This document shows, one piece after another, positions 37,629 to 49,734 of a DNA stretch of 64,000 bases. Numbering within the stretch: the first letter of the stretch is position 1; each line of letters begins with the position of its first letter. Origin of the DNA: Camelus ferus (lineage: Eukaryota); assembly GCF_009834535.1 (NCBI RefSeq), contig NC_045697.1, positions 86,616,001-86,680,000 on the forward strand, in the 5' to 3' direction. The notes beneath the pieces were generated by a model. The model saw only the letters and a program-made list of their open reading frames with translations. It had not been told where the DNA came from and ran no database searches. The position numbers and the translations under genes were made by a program.

Positions 37629-37775
37629 ATTAACTTCCTTCAAAAGAAACTGTAAATCCAGCAACAGTGGCTCCAGTTGTTTCTTTGTGTCCTTCGTAGA
37701 GCTCAAAGTAGGTGCACTGTTTGCTACGAGTGCAAGAGTTAGTGCAATGCAAGACAAGAATTGCAGCTTGTACAT
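37629..37775 (-). CDS. IL2: Interleukin-2 exon 1 (signal peptide + helix A)
   Basis: gccacaATG start. Reads [49 protein letters not shown] (147 nt), followed by a gtaagt donor. Confidence 0.98.
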
Positions 37776-37848
37776 TGTGGCAGCAGTTGAGGTTACTGTG
37801 AGTAGTGATTAGAGAGGCTGATAGGAAGCTCTTGAACAAGTGAAGTAA

Positions 37849-37854
37849 TTTATA
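37849..37854 (-). promoter_or_regulatory. IL2 TATA box
   Basis: TATAAA about 30 nt upstream of the inferred TSS (~37822, ATCAG...), followed by the conserved 5'UTR ctactcacagtaacctcaact. Confidence 0.92.
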
Positions 37855-37864
37855 CTGTTAATTC

Positions 37865-37919
37865 TGGAAAAATATTATGGGGGTGTCAAAATGTTTTACA
37901 TATTACACATATTTTCAAA
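37865..37919 (-). promoter_or_regulatory. IL2 proximal NFAT (-45) and ARRE-1 Oct/NFAT/AP-1 element
   Basis: TGGAAAAA at 37865-72 (+). The - strand reads TTTGAAAATATGTGTAATATGTAAAACATTTTGACACC, as in the known IL2 promoter. Confidence 0.88.
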
Positions 37920-37953
37920 GATTCTACCTGTGTGGCAAAAAGCATTACCTTTA

Positions 37954-37988
37954 TTTTTCCTCTTCTGATGACTCTTTGGAATTTCTTT
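37954..37988 (-). promoter_or_regulatory. IL2 CD28RE/AP-1 composite and -135 NFAT site
   Basis: The - strand reads AAAGAAATTCC (37988-37978), AGAGTCA (37975-37969) and GAGGAAAAA (37962-37954). Confidence 0.9.
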
Positions 37989-38019
37989 AAACCCCCATAA
38001 ACTGACTGAATGGATGTAG

Positions 38020-38029
38020 GTGAAATCCC
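38020..38029 (-). promoter_or_regulatory. IL2 NF-kB site
   Basis: GGGATTTCAC at about -200. Confidence 0.88.
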
Positions 38030-38081
38030 TCTTGGTTACATTAGCCCACACTTAGGTGGCAGTTCTAATTCATACAGCTAA

Positions 38082-38132
38082 CGCCTTCTGTATGAAACAG
38101 TTTTTCCTCCCTCTTTCTTTAAGGGGGTGGGG
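38082..38132 (-). promoter_or_regulatory. IL2 distal NFAT:AP-1 (ARRE-2) and ZIP (Sp1/Egr-1) site
   Basis: GGAGGAAAAACTGTTTCATACAGAAGGCG (38110-38082) and CCCCACCCCC (38132-38123). Confidence 0.92.
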
Positions 38133-38260
38133 ATACAAAAGTGGTTCATGAAAAATTTCTCTTTGTCATAAAACTATGGGGAACATGTGGAGCACCATGT
38201 TGTGGTGGACAAGAGCAAAAGTAAATAGTTGCAAAGAATAGATTTTTAGATTTGTTGGTT

Positions 38261-38288
38261 AAACAGGAAGAATATTGGTTTCCTGTTT
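38261..38288. promoter_or_regulatory. Dyad Ets element of the IL2 upstream enhancer (~-440 to -466)
   Basis: Perfect 9-bp inverted repeat AAACAGGAA-N10-TTCCTGTTT. Confidence 0.7.
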
Positions 38289-39709
38289 CAGGATGGCTTT
38301 ACCTTTTTATCTCCACAATGACTGAGCTAACGCATACAACGTGATAGATTACTTCTTACACAATCAGCTAGAGAGGTATTAAGATTAGAATACATAAAAT
38401 GCTCACTGAGCTTGAGGCACTGTTTTATGCTGTTTTAATTTTAATATGTTTCTTGTATCTATTTATTAAATCCCTTAGTGTCTGTTGTACTTTTTTCCGC
38501 CCAGGGTTTGGTGTTTAACAAATACTCAGAAAAGGATTTGCAAATGAGGGTGCTACTAATGCTAGGATTTTTTTTTTTTTGGTCCCTTTTTTTTTGAGGA
38601 CAAATTTAGTTTTGCTCCTTTATTGTTTTTGCTGGGCATCCAGGGGATATAACAAGAGTTGGAATGTTGCCAGAACCAAAGATGCTATTTCTTCCTCTCA
38701 GTCTCTCAGGGGCCACCTGAGCCATTTAGATCTTCCCCCACTTCATGGCCATTTCATTTCTTTCTCTCTCTTTATTAAACAGATTCCTTATATTTTTTTT
38801 AAAGGTAAGGCAGAAAATGAGCATAGCAATAGGGATTCCCACGTTTACTTGTTAATAGGAAACTTACTAACTGGAATTTCTGGATACTATACATACATTC
38901 TTTAGGAGAAAGATAATATGGCCAGCTTGAAATGTACCAATACTGGACTAATTAGTGTGGCTGGGGATGAGAAAGGCAAGGTAACAAACAGTCCAGGAGC
39001 CCATGGTGAGCCATGGAACGCATATGTGTGTGTGTGTGTCTTGTGGAGTGAGAGCAGTCCTCAGAGAAGGGGTATTTGGGCTCTTACAATACAGAGGCCA
39101 GAACTCAAATCAGCAGAAGTTACTGAGAGGGGGATCTGTTACAACTCTTGGAGCACCTTTATGGAAAAACGAATAAAGTACTACAAAAAAAACTTGTGAC
39201 AGATACTCAGAAAATGGTTTACATCCAAGGGTACTGATGTTAGTTTTGTAATAGACTTTATGTGGTTTATAGCCATTTATAAATAAACCAATCTTTAAGT
39301 TTCTAGTTGTTACATTTTCATTGTTTAATAGATTTAGATTTAGCCTCTAAAGCACCTGAGACACTGTGAGTATAAAAATAATTGTTATGAAATAACATCA
39401 GATCAGTATTTTTCAGTTATTAGATCAGGTCAGATACTAATGTATAGTACAATCAGTATAATCAGTATAATGCACTAACTACTTGAATGACGGTATAGTT
39501 ATATACTTCTACTTTAAACTTGGGAGAGTTGAGGAAATCCTTTCTCAAGGAGATTTCTAGTAACTTCTCTGTTTTTACTACCTTATTCATTTCTTGTCTG
39601 TTCTTTTAAACATACTTATCTATCACCTATGATGCTGTCAGGTATATAGGGAAAAAAGGATAATTTACAGACACACAGTCTAGTTTAAGCCTTATCTGTG
39701 AAGTGATGG

Positions 39710-39850
39710 TATCATTTTATAGATTAGAAAAACTAAAGCTCAGAGGAGTTAAGTATTTTTTTTCTAGGTTATTTATCCCTTAATGCCAGTTTAGGGCACA
39801 AAAAAGATTTGAAACCAGAATATTCTGACGCCAAAGCCCACACTCTCATC
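39710..39850 (-). mobile_element. MIR SINE
   Basis: cattttatagattagaaaaactaaagctcagaggagttaagt...gatttgaaaccag...tctgacgccaaagccca. Confidence 0.7.
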
Positions 39851-41449
39851 ATTTGTATTCTTTCTCAAAGAACCTCGTACGTAATAGAGAAGACATATAG
39901 ACAACTGTAATCCCAGGTAAAAGGTGATTACTGCCTCAAGAAAGGTGGACATAAAGAATTTTAAAGAAGAAACATGACTTTAAACTGAATTTTGACAACA
40001 TGGTTAAAATGTAGATATATAAATTCAGAATTAGGAGAGTGGGTAGGCAAGAAAGGTTACGCATTCTAAGGAACACTTAATTGTACTTAAAAAGAACAGA
40101 AAAAATGGTTCAATACTCTATGCATTAGGCAATATTCTGAAGAATATGAAACATCTCCCTAAAATTTAAAAATAAGCGTTACAGTTAAGTGGAAAAAAAA
40201 ATGGAGATTAGAGGCAAATAGTTTTTTCTTTAGAAAAGATGAGAGACAGGTTAGAGACAAATAATCATAATCTTTTTATTACTAAAAAAATGCAAAATGT
40301 CTCTCTGTACCTTTCAAATCAAAACCACAAATTTAGCATTGGGTCTAAGGGAAAGGCTATTTGGTAATGTGTGTCAACTTTATGATACTTGTTTCACTTC
40401 TCTAAAGACTTCAGTGTCTCATCCCAGCATCATCAACTTAGGCCTTTACCCTTCCAGAATGGAAGAATTCACGCCCACACATTTTTCTGTGTGGGGGCTT
40501 TTCCAATGAGGCCTTTGATGTTCTCATAGTCTAGATATTTATATTTCTCCAGCTATTTCCATTAGAGAATGGGTCAGTATATGGCTACATTGACGGGACC
40601 CTGTAGAAAACTGAATTCCTAGGCCCCTGGCTTATCCTCATTATTGCATAAAGGCATTATTACAGAAGTTGGCCCGATCATTTCACGAAGTGCTTGGGGA
40701 GAAAGCTGCCATATGCTGTGGCAAACTTTCACTTTTTAATGTGTCTGATGCACCAGCTGGCATCTCTAGTACAGTGCTGATAGAGTCAGTAGTAGGCTGC
40801 TTACTGCCACATGTGTCACACCCCATACTTCCCCTTTGAAAATAAAATTTTAGTATTCATTAAGAAGCTATTTTAGTTGCTTAACATTGTCAGCATCTTA
40901 GACTCAGGAGTAACCCAAGTCCTTTAAAAAGGGAAGCCCCAGGCCCTGAAGGTGCCTCCTGAAGAGGGTGGTCAGTCAGTTGCGTAATTGTCCATCCATC
41001 AAAGCTGACTTTCAAGGATTCCTCCTCCTGCAAAATTTCTTCTTTCTGAACTTCTTTTGCAATTAAAGTTGTAAAACTTTAATTTGGTCTGGAGCTTGAT
41101 GCATGTATTAATGTGTCTCTTTTCAGTTTCTCTAAAGGCCTCTTGACTTTTCAAGATACAGTTCTTTTCCTTTGCTGTTAAGACATATTGTTGATAATCT
41201 CCATATCACCTAGAGAGAATTTAGCTAGGAGCGCTGTGTTTCCTGTAAAAAATACAGATTTCCTCAGGCATAGTCTCATTCTTTGTCTTTATTAGACCGG
41301 TGGTCTTCCATAATGTTTTAACACTTCTGTAAATCTGTCTGTGGATCACAGTTAAGTCTCGTTTGTGTGTGCTCTTCTTCCATGCGGTAAATTTTAATGA
41401 TGCTCATAACCTTTGGGGATGGAAGAATTATTTCCTTGGTACTTTTAAT

Positions 41450-41600
41450 TTTGCAAAGCGTTTAAAAATTCATTATCTCATTGAGTCACATTTTGCTGAT
41501 AAGAAATTGGATGTTTGTGAAGGTTAAGTGACTTGCCCAAGATCACATTTTTAAATTAGTAGTGAAAACCCCAAGCCTTCCTGTCCCTAACGATCTCATG
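41450..41600 (-). mobile_element. MIR SINE fragment
   Basis: cattttgctgataagaaattg...aggttaagtgacttgcccaagatcaca. Confidence 0.65.
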
Positions 41601-42530
41601 TATTTCCCATGTTACATAGTGATGCCAAATTCTAGGCCCATTATGCTACATAGAAAAAACTGAATTAAGTTGCTCCTATTTTCCATCTCACTTCACTCTC
41701 CCAGTGATAGCAGGTGAGTCAGGCGAGACATCATCCACCTCCACATAACCAGCACCTTGTCTGAGCAGCTTTAAGATTTCGAAGAACTGAGAGGAGCTGA
41801 ATTCCTACAGTAGCTACAAAAACTGGATTTTGCTCATGTTTTTTAATCTCTTTCTGGGGTCTTTTAAAAGCACTAGAGCTCTTGATGTTTCCTAACACTT
41901 CTCACATATCTAAAGTAAGAAGATTATTGTAGCCAATGTGTATTTAAACTGCCTTGTATTTTTAGGAGTGCAATGCTCTAAGGCTGACGTGAGGATATTG
42001 CTCAAGGTAGTAGTCTGCATTTGGCAGCCAAGAGACAGCTCACTGCTTAAATGCAATGAGAAAGGGAGTATCTTCAAAACCTTTGGAAATCTTCTTATGT
42101 AAATATAAGACCCCTATGACAAGTCACACAGCAGTTACTAGAGGTAGAACATGATAATCTTCTGATGGTAATAATAACTGACTTGCAAAACACTTCCAGT
42201 TCATAAAGCACTTTCGCATCTGTTTTATCTCATTTCACAGCAAAATAGCTAACAAAAGAAATTTTCTGGTTGTATATATTTTATGAAGACCTTTATTTCC
42301 TTCATACATTAAGAATTAAGCCTTGCAGCTTACAAATAAATACTAGCTTTCTCTTCTGCCAAGATAAATGCCTTCATTAAAATTATTGTGAAGATAAAGT
42401 TGTTATTTACATTTATTCAAGCTTGTCTTCATCTGATTGCTCTTCCTACCTAACTTTGTTTCTAAGTTCTTTCCTCTTCTACAATAGCTTTGGATCTATC
42501 ATTGACAGTCCATTGCTTCATCATTCCTAA

Positions 42531-42903
42531 TCTTAAAAGGTAAACTGAGGCATACTAAAATTTTTTTAAGTTTATTTGAGCAAAACTCAATTCAAATCAG
42601 GCACCATCCAATCTAGCAGATAGAATGGAGCTCTGAAGAGCTGTACAAAATGAAAGATTTTCACAGTCAGAAGGGACTGGAGGTAAGGAAGTTATACCGG
42701 GCAAAAAAGTAGGTTGCTTATCGCAAGGTTACTTTCCTTTAGGATTGTAAAGGATTGCAGAGCTTTATCAGGCAGATTACCTAACTGATGCTGATTAGGC
42801 AGTTCCTGATTGGAGTTCTGGGTAAGCCAAAACTGTAAGTAAGTCTCAGTTTGGTGATGTGAGGCTTAGTATAAGTAACTCCATTTTGGGCTCATTTTTA
42901 ACA
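42531..42903 (-). mobile_element. Solo ERV1 (MER4-group-like) LTR
   Basis: The - strand begins TGTTAAAAATGAGCCCAAAATGGAG, has AATAAA at 42576-42571 and ends ...gcctcagtttaccttttaaga. Confidence 0.7.
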
Positions 42904-42929
42904 CTAATTTTTTTTTAATGATTATAGTC

Positions 42930-43460
42930 TGATTTTGTTGTTTAAAAATGACAACATCTAATTACAAAATAATGTATATTCATTATAGAAAATTTGGAAA
43001 ATACAAAGAAACTGAAAAAAAATGAAAATCAACTGTAATCTTGGTAGAGATAACTATTGTTATCACATACTGGTTTGTATGTCCATCCAATCTTTTTTGT
43101 GTGTGTGGTACAGTTTTACATGCTTTTGCCTCTTAATCATGTGTTATAAATATCTCATATATTAAGTGTTCTTCTAAAACATTATTTTTAGTAGTTGCAT
43201 AGGATCTGTTGTGTGACTGTATTCTGTTACTGGGATTTACATTAATTCCAGTCATTCACAATTATGAATAGTGCTGTAATTCACTAAAATCTTTTACACA
43301 TAAATATTTGTGCAAATTTCTGATAATCCTCTTAGGATAAAATTCTAGAGTTGGAATTACTGGGTCAAAGAATATGAATATTTTAAGGCTTCTGACACTT
43401 ATTCAGAAAGTTCTTAACAACTTAGCACTCCTTAACAGTGATATAAGCCTGTATTTCTGT
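42930..43460 (-). mobile_element. Old L1ME-like 3' fragment
   Basis: cattatagaaaatttggaaaatacaaag...ggataaaattctagagttggaattactgggtcaaag. Confidence 0.65.
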
Positions 43461-43609
43461 ACCAATTACATAGTTTTCATATTAACAAATAGGGGTGGAG
43501 CAAGAGAGAGAAAGGAAAGGGAATGGTGAAATGTATGCCAACTGGTGATTATACACTAAGTTCCATATTTGAAATTGGGAATCAGGTAAACGTGAACACC
43601 AGTGCTCTT

Positions 43610-43745
43610 TGTCGCTCGCTGGCTGTGTGACCTTGAACAAACTACTTATCCTCCCTAAGCCTGTTTTTTCATTTCTAAAATGACAATATGGACCTAATTG
43701 GACTCTTGTGAATGACAAATAAAATAGCATAAATGAAAGCATACA
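43610..43745 (+). mobile_element. MIR SINE
   Basis: gctgtgtgaccttgaacaaactactta...cctgttttttcatttctaaaatg. Confidence 0.7.
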
Positions 43746-44087
43746 ATCCTAATCTGTTAACTTTGATTTGAATAAATAATTTCACGACTTGTTTCTGATA
43801 TGCTACATCCTCTCCCTTTACCACTGAGTTTTTTATTTTTTAATGATGGCGTTTGTTTTGCAAAAAATGTTTTATGTCATCCAGGTTTACCAGTCTGCCT
43901 AATATGAGAGTTGAAAAATGAACAAGTGGAAAATTTCACCATTCCAGCATTGCCCATGTTAAACTTAGGAAAAATCTAATTAACCAAATAACTTTTAATC
44001 ATTCTATAAAGTTTCTAGAGGTAAGGTATAACAGATATTATTCCATAATATGTCAGTCTATCTAAGAAGATTTCTATCCATCATAGA

Positions 44088-44629
44088 GTAGGAAAAGTTA
44101 TTTTCCTCTATTCTTCTCAGTGCTCTGCTGAGACACCCACCCCCACCCCACCATGTAATAAAAGACAGATTAATGGGAGAAAAAATAAACAATTTTAAGT
44201 ACATACATGTGTACCTATAGGAGCCCTTAAAATTTTGAGATTCAAAAGGCAACCAGATGATTGAGGCTTAGATACCATCCTGACCTAAGGAAAGAGGTAG
44301 GGATCTGGGGCTTAAAAGGGAGGATGCCTTTCCTGGGAAGGTGAGAAGAGGAAATGTTTGGTAAGCAAAGGTTGCCCTGCCATGCACATAAGTCTCTTGC
44401 ATAAAAAAGTTATCTCTGGTAATAGCTTCCTTCTTGATACAGACTTCTCTCTAAAAAGGAATTTAATGTAAATTTCCTTTTTAAGTGTAGGTTTCCCATA
44501 CAGAAGGATAACTCCTATTCTATTTTCAGAGCTTCTCCTGTGTCTGTAGTTTCTCAAAATAATCAACTAAAAATAATCTTTATGGCCAAAGGGGCATATT
44601 TTGGGGTAGCCATATTCTGCTACCCTTCA
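44088..44629 (-). mobile_element. Solo ERV1 LTR, MER34-like
   Basis: The - strand starts TGAAGGGTAGCAGAATATGGCTACCCCAAAATATGCCCC, the MER34-type 5' end. Confidence 0.75.
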
Positions 44630-47307
44630 CCATTAAAATTGACCTATCCTGATCTGAGTTGAAGAACAACCTCATTTCTCTAAAGCAACCAAAAATCTGA
44701 AAGTTAATTTTTAAAAAGTCTTATGATGTGCTGAATTATTAACAGTGTCTGCTTGGAGTGCTGTATTAAGAATAATTCTGTCCTCAGCGGAGAAGGGCAT
44801 GTGGATATTTAGTCTGCAATGGGCTCTGGATGTCAAGTAATAGCCTGCATGCCAAGTCTTTAATATTTCTGCTCTATTCTCATGGTTTCTTTAGACCCAA
44901 TTCTAGCCAGCTTTGTTTTTTGTTTTTAAGAGTAAGGTATTAGAAGCAATTGTGGGACTGGGCTGCCTGCAGAATAAATGATCATTGACAGTTTAAAAGG
45001 ATGAGGCATAGGACATAAATATAAAAATAGAAAACAAGTGAAGTATAAAAAAATGAAGGAAATGTGGGAGCCAAAGAAAAGCACAGTCTTCTGGGACCTT
45101 AGAATATGATCCAGTAACCCCTGTGCACCCCAGTAACCCTGTATAATAACAAAATATAAATGACTGATATCCACAGTGATGACCTGCCTCCTCAAAGAAC
45201 ATTGAAATTATGTTTTGCTTTATTTAAATCTGCTTTGTTTAGGAAGTCAGAGTATATGTCATAATTTTGAGAGAGATTTCCATTCAAATGTTTAAGATAA
45301 AAACAAATTTGATGTTTTAGCAAAAGCAAGTGAAAGCTTGTCTTCACATGTCTGCAGATTAAGGCAAAAAAAATTATAGAAGACAGTAATGCCCAAGAAG
45401 AGGAGGAAGTCAAGCAAATTAACACTCTATCAGGCCTCACTCATGCAAGTCATAGATACGGAAGGAGGAACCAATCTTTGCAAATAAGATGCATTTGTAT
45501 CTTCTGTTACAGGGAACAGAGGGAAGGCTTTCACACCACCTCCTGATGACTGGGCTTTTTATATTGATAGAGCTTCCAGAAGTAGTTATATCAGTGGCTA
45601 ATTTTAGAGTCAAGCTTGCTTCTTATATAATTTTTTTTTAGTTTATGAATATGTACTTTATTCCTAATTCTCTTCTCTATATTTGACATTATTGGGCAGA
45701 TAATTTTGGACTACCTACCTGATGATGTTAGGATCCTTGTAGATTTCATTTCACCTCTTAGGCCAAACTTGTTTATAGATTAACCCACATGGACCTTCTG
45801 TGTTTGTGTGTGTATATGTGTGTGTACACATGTGTGTATAGATAGATAATCTGTAACTACTTCCTATTTCTTAAGAAATCAGGCAAACAATAACCACAGG
45901 GTAAGAATGTATTATAGAACTTATAGGCATTGGCAAATCTCTGGGGCATTTTAATCTGATTGATAAATTGTGAGCTGTACTCATCACCAATAGACAAAGT
46001 TATTTTATCCTAGGAGGAAAATCTTGTAAATAAATTTGTTGACACTCATTATATCAGCTCTTGCACACAAGTATGAAGAAGCGTCTAACCATACTGAAGG
46101 CACATAGTCACTGAAAATATTCATATTAATAACATTTTTCCTATGCAGAATTAACCTGGAGAAATTTATCTTCCTCTCTCCCGCTCTTACTTTTTACAGA
46201 TTTCTCAAATTGTGAGTCTGCAAAATAGGGAAGTTCTTAACAAAACCATTGAGCTAATATTAAAATATGGAGCTTACCAAAAACCTAATTATTTCTAGCA
46301 TCCTTTCTTTCCTAACGGGAGGGAGTAAACCCTTGGTGCAACCCATGGGCCATCTGAAAGGCACCCTAGATGTGGCCATAATGGAGGACCTTAGAGTTTC
46401 ATTATTCTGAGTTGAGGTGTGTTTAGGGGGAAGCAACACCATGAAGAATTCTTAGAGATGTATACTTACTCATGTAAGGTGCAGGTACAGTTACTAAAGG
46501 AAGTAGTTGCATGTTGGCTGCTTCGTGGACCAGAATGATGATGAAATGTTTTGAGTATAGCAGGTGGTAACATAATAATGCTTAAGAATTTTACTTCTTC
46601 TGTAAGTGAGGAATAATTGTTGTTTACCTTAGAACTACCTGTAAACATGGTGAGAGACAGCATAAAATTTCAAAAAATATTCTCGAAGTAAGGCAAAAGA
46701 GAACTTTTGTTTTTTGTGTAAGTGTTCAGAAGACAAAGAGTAATTTTTTGTTGCCTCGTATGGGAAGCAGACTGTGTAATGCAAGATAATACACTCTTTT
46801 ACTCCCACATTCCCTCTGTGTTTGGCTATGTTGGCTGTGATGGTTAAAATCCTAACTATTAGAAATACTTGTGTGGTTGAAATATCACTGAAAGTTATGT
46901 TGACATTCTCATATACTCCTCAGAAGAATAAATATAATATAGCTCTAGTATTTAGATTTCAAGAAATTCATTGTTCTCTATACTAGAGTAGGTTTCAGGG
47001 GATATGAAACAGTAAGATATTAGACTAGGATTTAGGGATGACTTAGATTTAGGTTGTATGGTACTATTTCCTGGGGAATATAAATTTAGGTGCCACACCA
47101 CAATGGTGAAGATAGGACCACATGAGGGTCCCAGATGGCTAGGGCATCAGAACCTGAAAAAAAAGAACAAGCTTCACATCCATCCCAGGCTCATCTCAGT
47201 CCAGTCCTACAGGAACAGCTATTAGACGCTGAATTACTTTGAAGCTTCCTAAATTCCTCATTTTTTTCAGACCCAAAGGAATTTTAAAAAGTTACCCTGT
47301 TATTTCT

Positions 47308-47670
47308 GTGTAGATAATGCTAATATTCTCCTAATATCTATTCTTCCTTCCTGCTTAGAATAAGAATCTTGAGTTTTAGCTGGATACATTACTACTCTCC
47401 AATAAAGACCACATTCCCTAATTTTCCTTTGCAATGTGGTGTGGCCATGCAGATACAATGGATTCTAGTGACTCTCCTGCAGCTAAGGACAGGGCACCAT
47501 ACTCTAGGGATGTTAGAGCTGAGAGCTAGGATACCAATGTTTTCATGGAGCTGCCAAATCAGCTATGGTTGCCTGATTTCTGAATTGTTTTGTGTGTGAG
47601 AGAAAGAAACATATCTCATTTAAGTCACTGTTATTTTGGGTTTCTCATTAATATGCCCTTAGCACTGTAT
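47308..47670 (+). mobile_element. MaLR LTR (MLT1-like)
   Basis: cacattccc...gtggccatg...tttaagtcactgttattttgggtttc hallmark motifs. Confidence 0.6.
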
Positions 47671-47902
47671 GAGTACATTAGGCTTATTCTTTTTAGACAA
47701 TCCTATATGGTTTTTTTAACCAAAACATTTCAGGTACATTATTGAACATCATCATGGGCTATGAGAGTACAAAAATAGATTGCTACCCCTCACATACATA
47801 TTTTAGTAGGAAAAACAGATATACAAAGATGTTCCAGTACAAGACCGTAAATGCAAGAGGATGGATAGGTAGCTCATTGTTAAGCATGTAATTTGCTAGC
47901 TT

Positions 47903-49246
47903 TTAATGGCATAAGAATGGACCTATAGATTAATGGAATAGAATTGAGAGTCCAGAAATATACTTTTAAATTATGGTCAATTTATTTTTGATAAGGATGC
48001 CAAGATAATTCAATGAAAGAATAGCCTTTTCAACAGCTGATGCTGGGACAACTGGATATCTTCATGTGAAAGAATGTAATTGGATCCCTGCTTCATACTA
48101 TGTACAAACAAAATGGATCATAAACCTAAATTTTAGAGCTAAAATTACAAAACTCAGAATAAAACATTGGGGTAAATATTCTTGACTTTGAACTAGGCAG
48201 TGGTTTCTCAGATATGTCACTAAAAGCAAAATAACAAAAGAAAAAAATTGTACCTCATCAAAATTTAAAACTTTCCTATTTAAAAAGACACCATAAAGGA
48301 ATTGAAAAGACAACCCACAGAATAGGAGAAAATATTTTCTAACCATGTATCTTATGAGTGATTTATATCCAGAATATATATAGTGAACTCTTGCAACTCA
48401 ACAATTAAAGGACAAATAACCCAATCTGGCCAACCCAAGTGGCCAGATGATTTGAATAGACATTTCTGCAAAAAGTACACATGATCAAAAAAGCACATGA
48501 AAAGATGCTCAATATCATTAATCACCAGGGAAAATCAAACCAAAACTACAATGAGACTTCATACCAATTAGGATAACTAAAATAAAAAAGACAATAACAA
48601 GAGTTGACAAGGATGTGAAGAAATTTGAACCATGAGGCATCACTGGTGGGAAATTAAAATAATGGTGCAGCTGCTTTGGAAAACAGTTTGGCAGTTCCTC
48701 AGTATGTTAAACAGGGTACCATGTGCCCAGCAATTCTACTTCTAGTTATATGCTCAAGAGAAATGAAAATATATCTTCACAAAAACTTGTATGCAAATTT
48801 CATAGCAGCAGTAATCAAAATAGCCAAATGTGGAAGCAAACTAAATACCAGTCAGCTGATGAATGGATAAACAAAATGTGGTATATCCATATAATGGAAC
48901 ATGATTTGGCAATAAGTACAGTTCTGATACATTCTACAACACAGTTGGACTTTGAAAACATTAGGCTAATTTCAAGCAACTGGTCACAAAAGGCCCGATT
49001 TTGTATGATTCCAGTCATATAAAATGTCCAGAAAAAGCAAATCCCTCATGGCAAAAGTAGATTAGAAGTTTCTATGGGCTGGAAAAAGGGAGAATGGGGA
49101 GTGACTGCTAATGGGTTATGGGGTTTCTTTTAGGGTGATGAAAATGTTCTAAGGTGGTGATGGATGCACAACTTTGTGAATATACTGAAAACCACTAAAA
49201 TATACACTTGTGGTATGTAAATTATATCTCAAAGCTGCGAAAATTT
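47903..49246 (+). mobile_element. 5'-truncated L1MB-like element with residual TSD
   Basis: ORF2 C-terminal sequence plus 3'UTR ending tatatctcaaagctg. Flanking repeat TTTGCTAGCTT at 47892-47902 and 49247-49257. Confidence 0.85.
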
Positions 49247-49734
49247 TTTGCTAGCTTCACAATTGTGGTTGAAACATTTGCAGTGTGCTTCTGGTTTGTG
49301 GCTAAACTGAAATAATATCACCAAGTGAAACTATATTCATCTCTAAGAATTGCGTATATAACCAACATGTGTAAAATAGCTATTATTACAATTAAGGAGA
49401 ATGAAATGGGTTAAAGTTTTAAATTGTCTTTATTGTTAAATAGTAAAAGATACCACATGACATTCAATCACAACTCCTACGGTCAATTATCGTAACCTAA
49501 CTAAGCCCCAAACATTGTAGAAGTGGTAATGCTTTCTCTTTGAATAGTAAGTGAAAATAGCATCCTAAAACACATCAGTATATTCAAGTGCTTGAAAATA
49601 TATTTTAAGATTAACTGTATCAACAAATACTATAGAAATGTGGCAGCAGTTCAAGAAAAGATGATTCCATAGTTTCCCTATCACTTGCTAATGGGAATCC
49701 CAAATAGTGTGAACTGCTCGAAACAACAAAAACC

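Noticed and set aside
37530..37775. 81-aa ORF as a single-exon or short IL-2 isoform
   Set aside because: It is exon 1 read through the gtaagt donor into intron 1. The sequence gives no evidence for intron retention.
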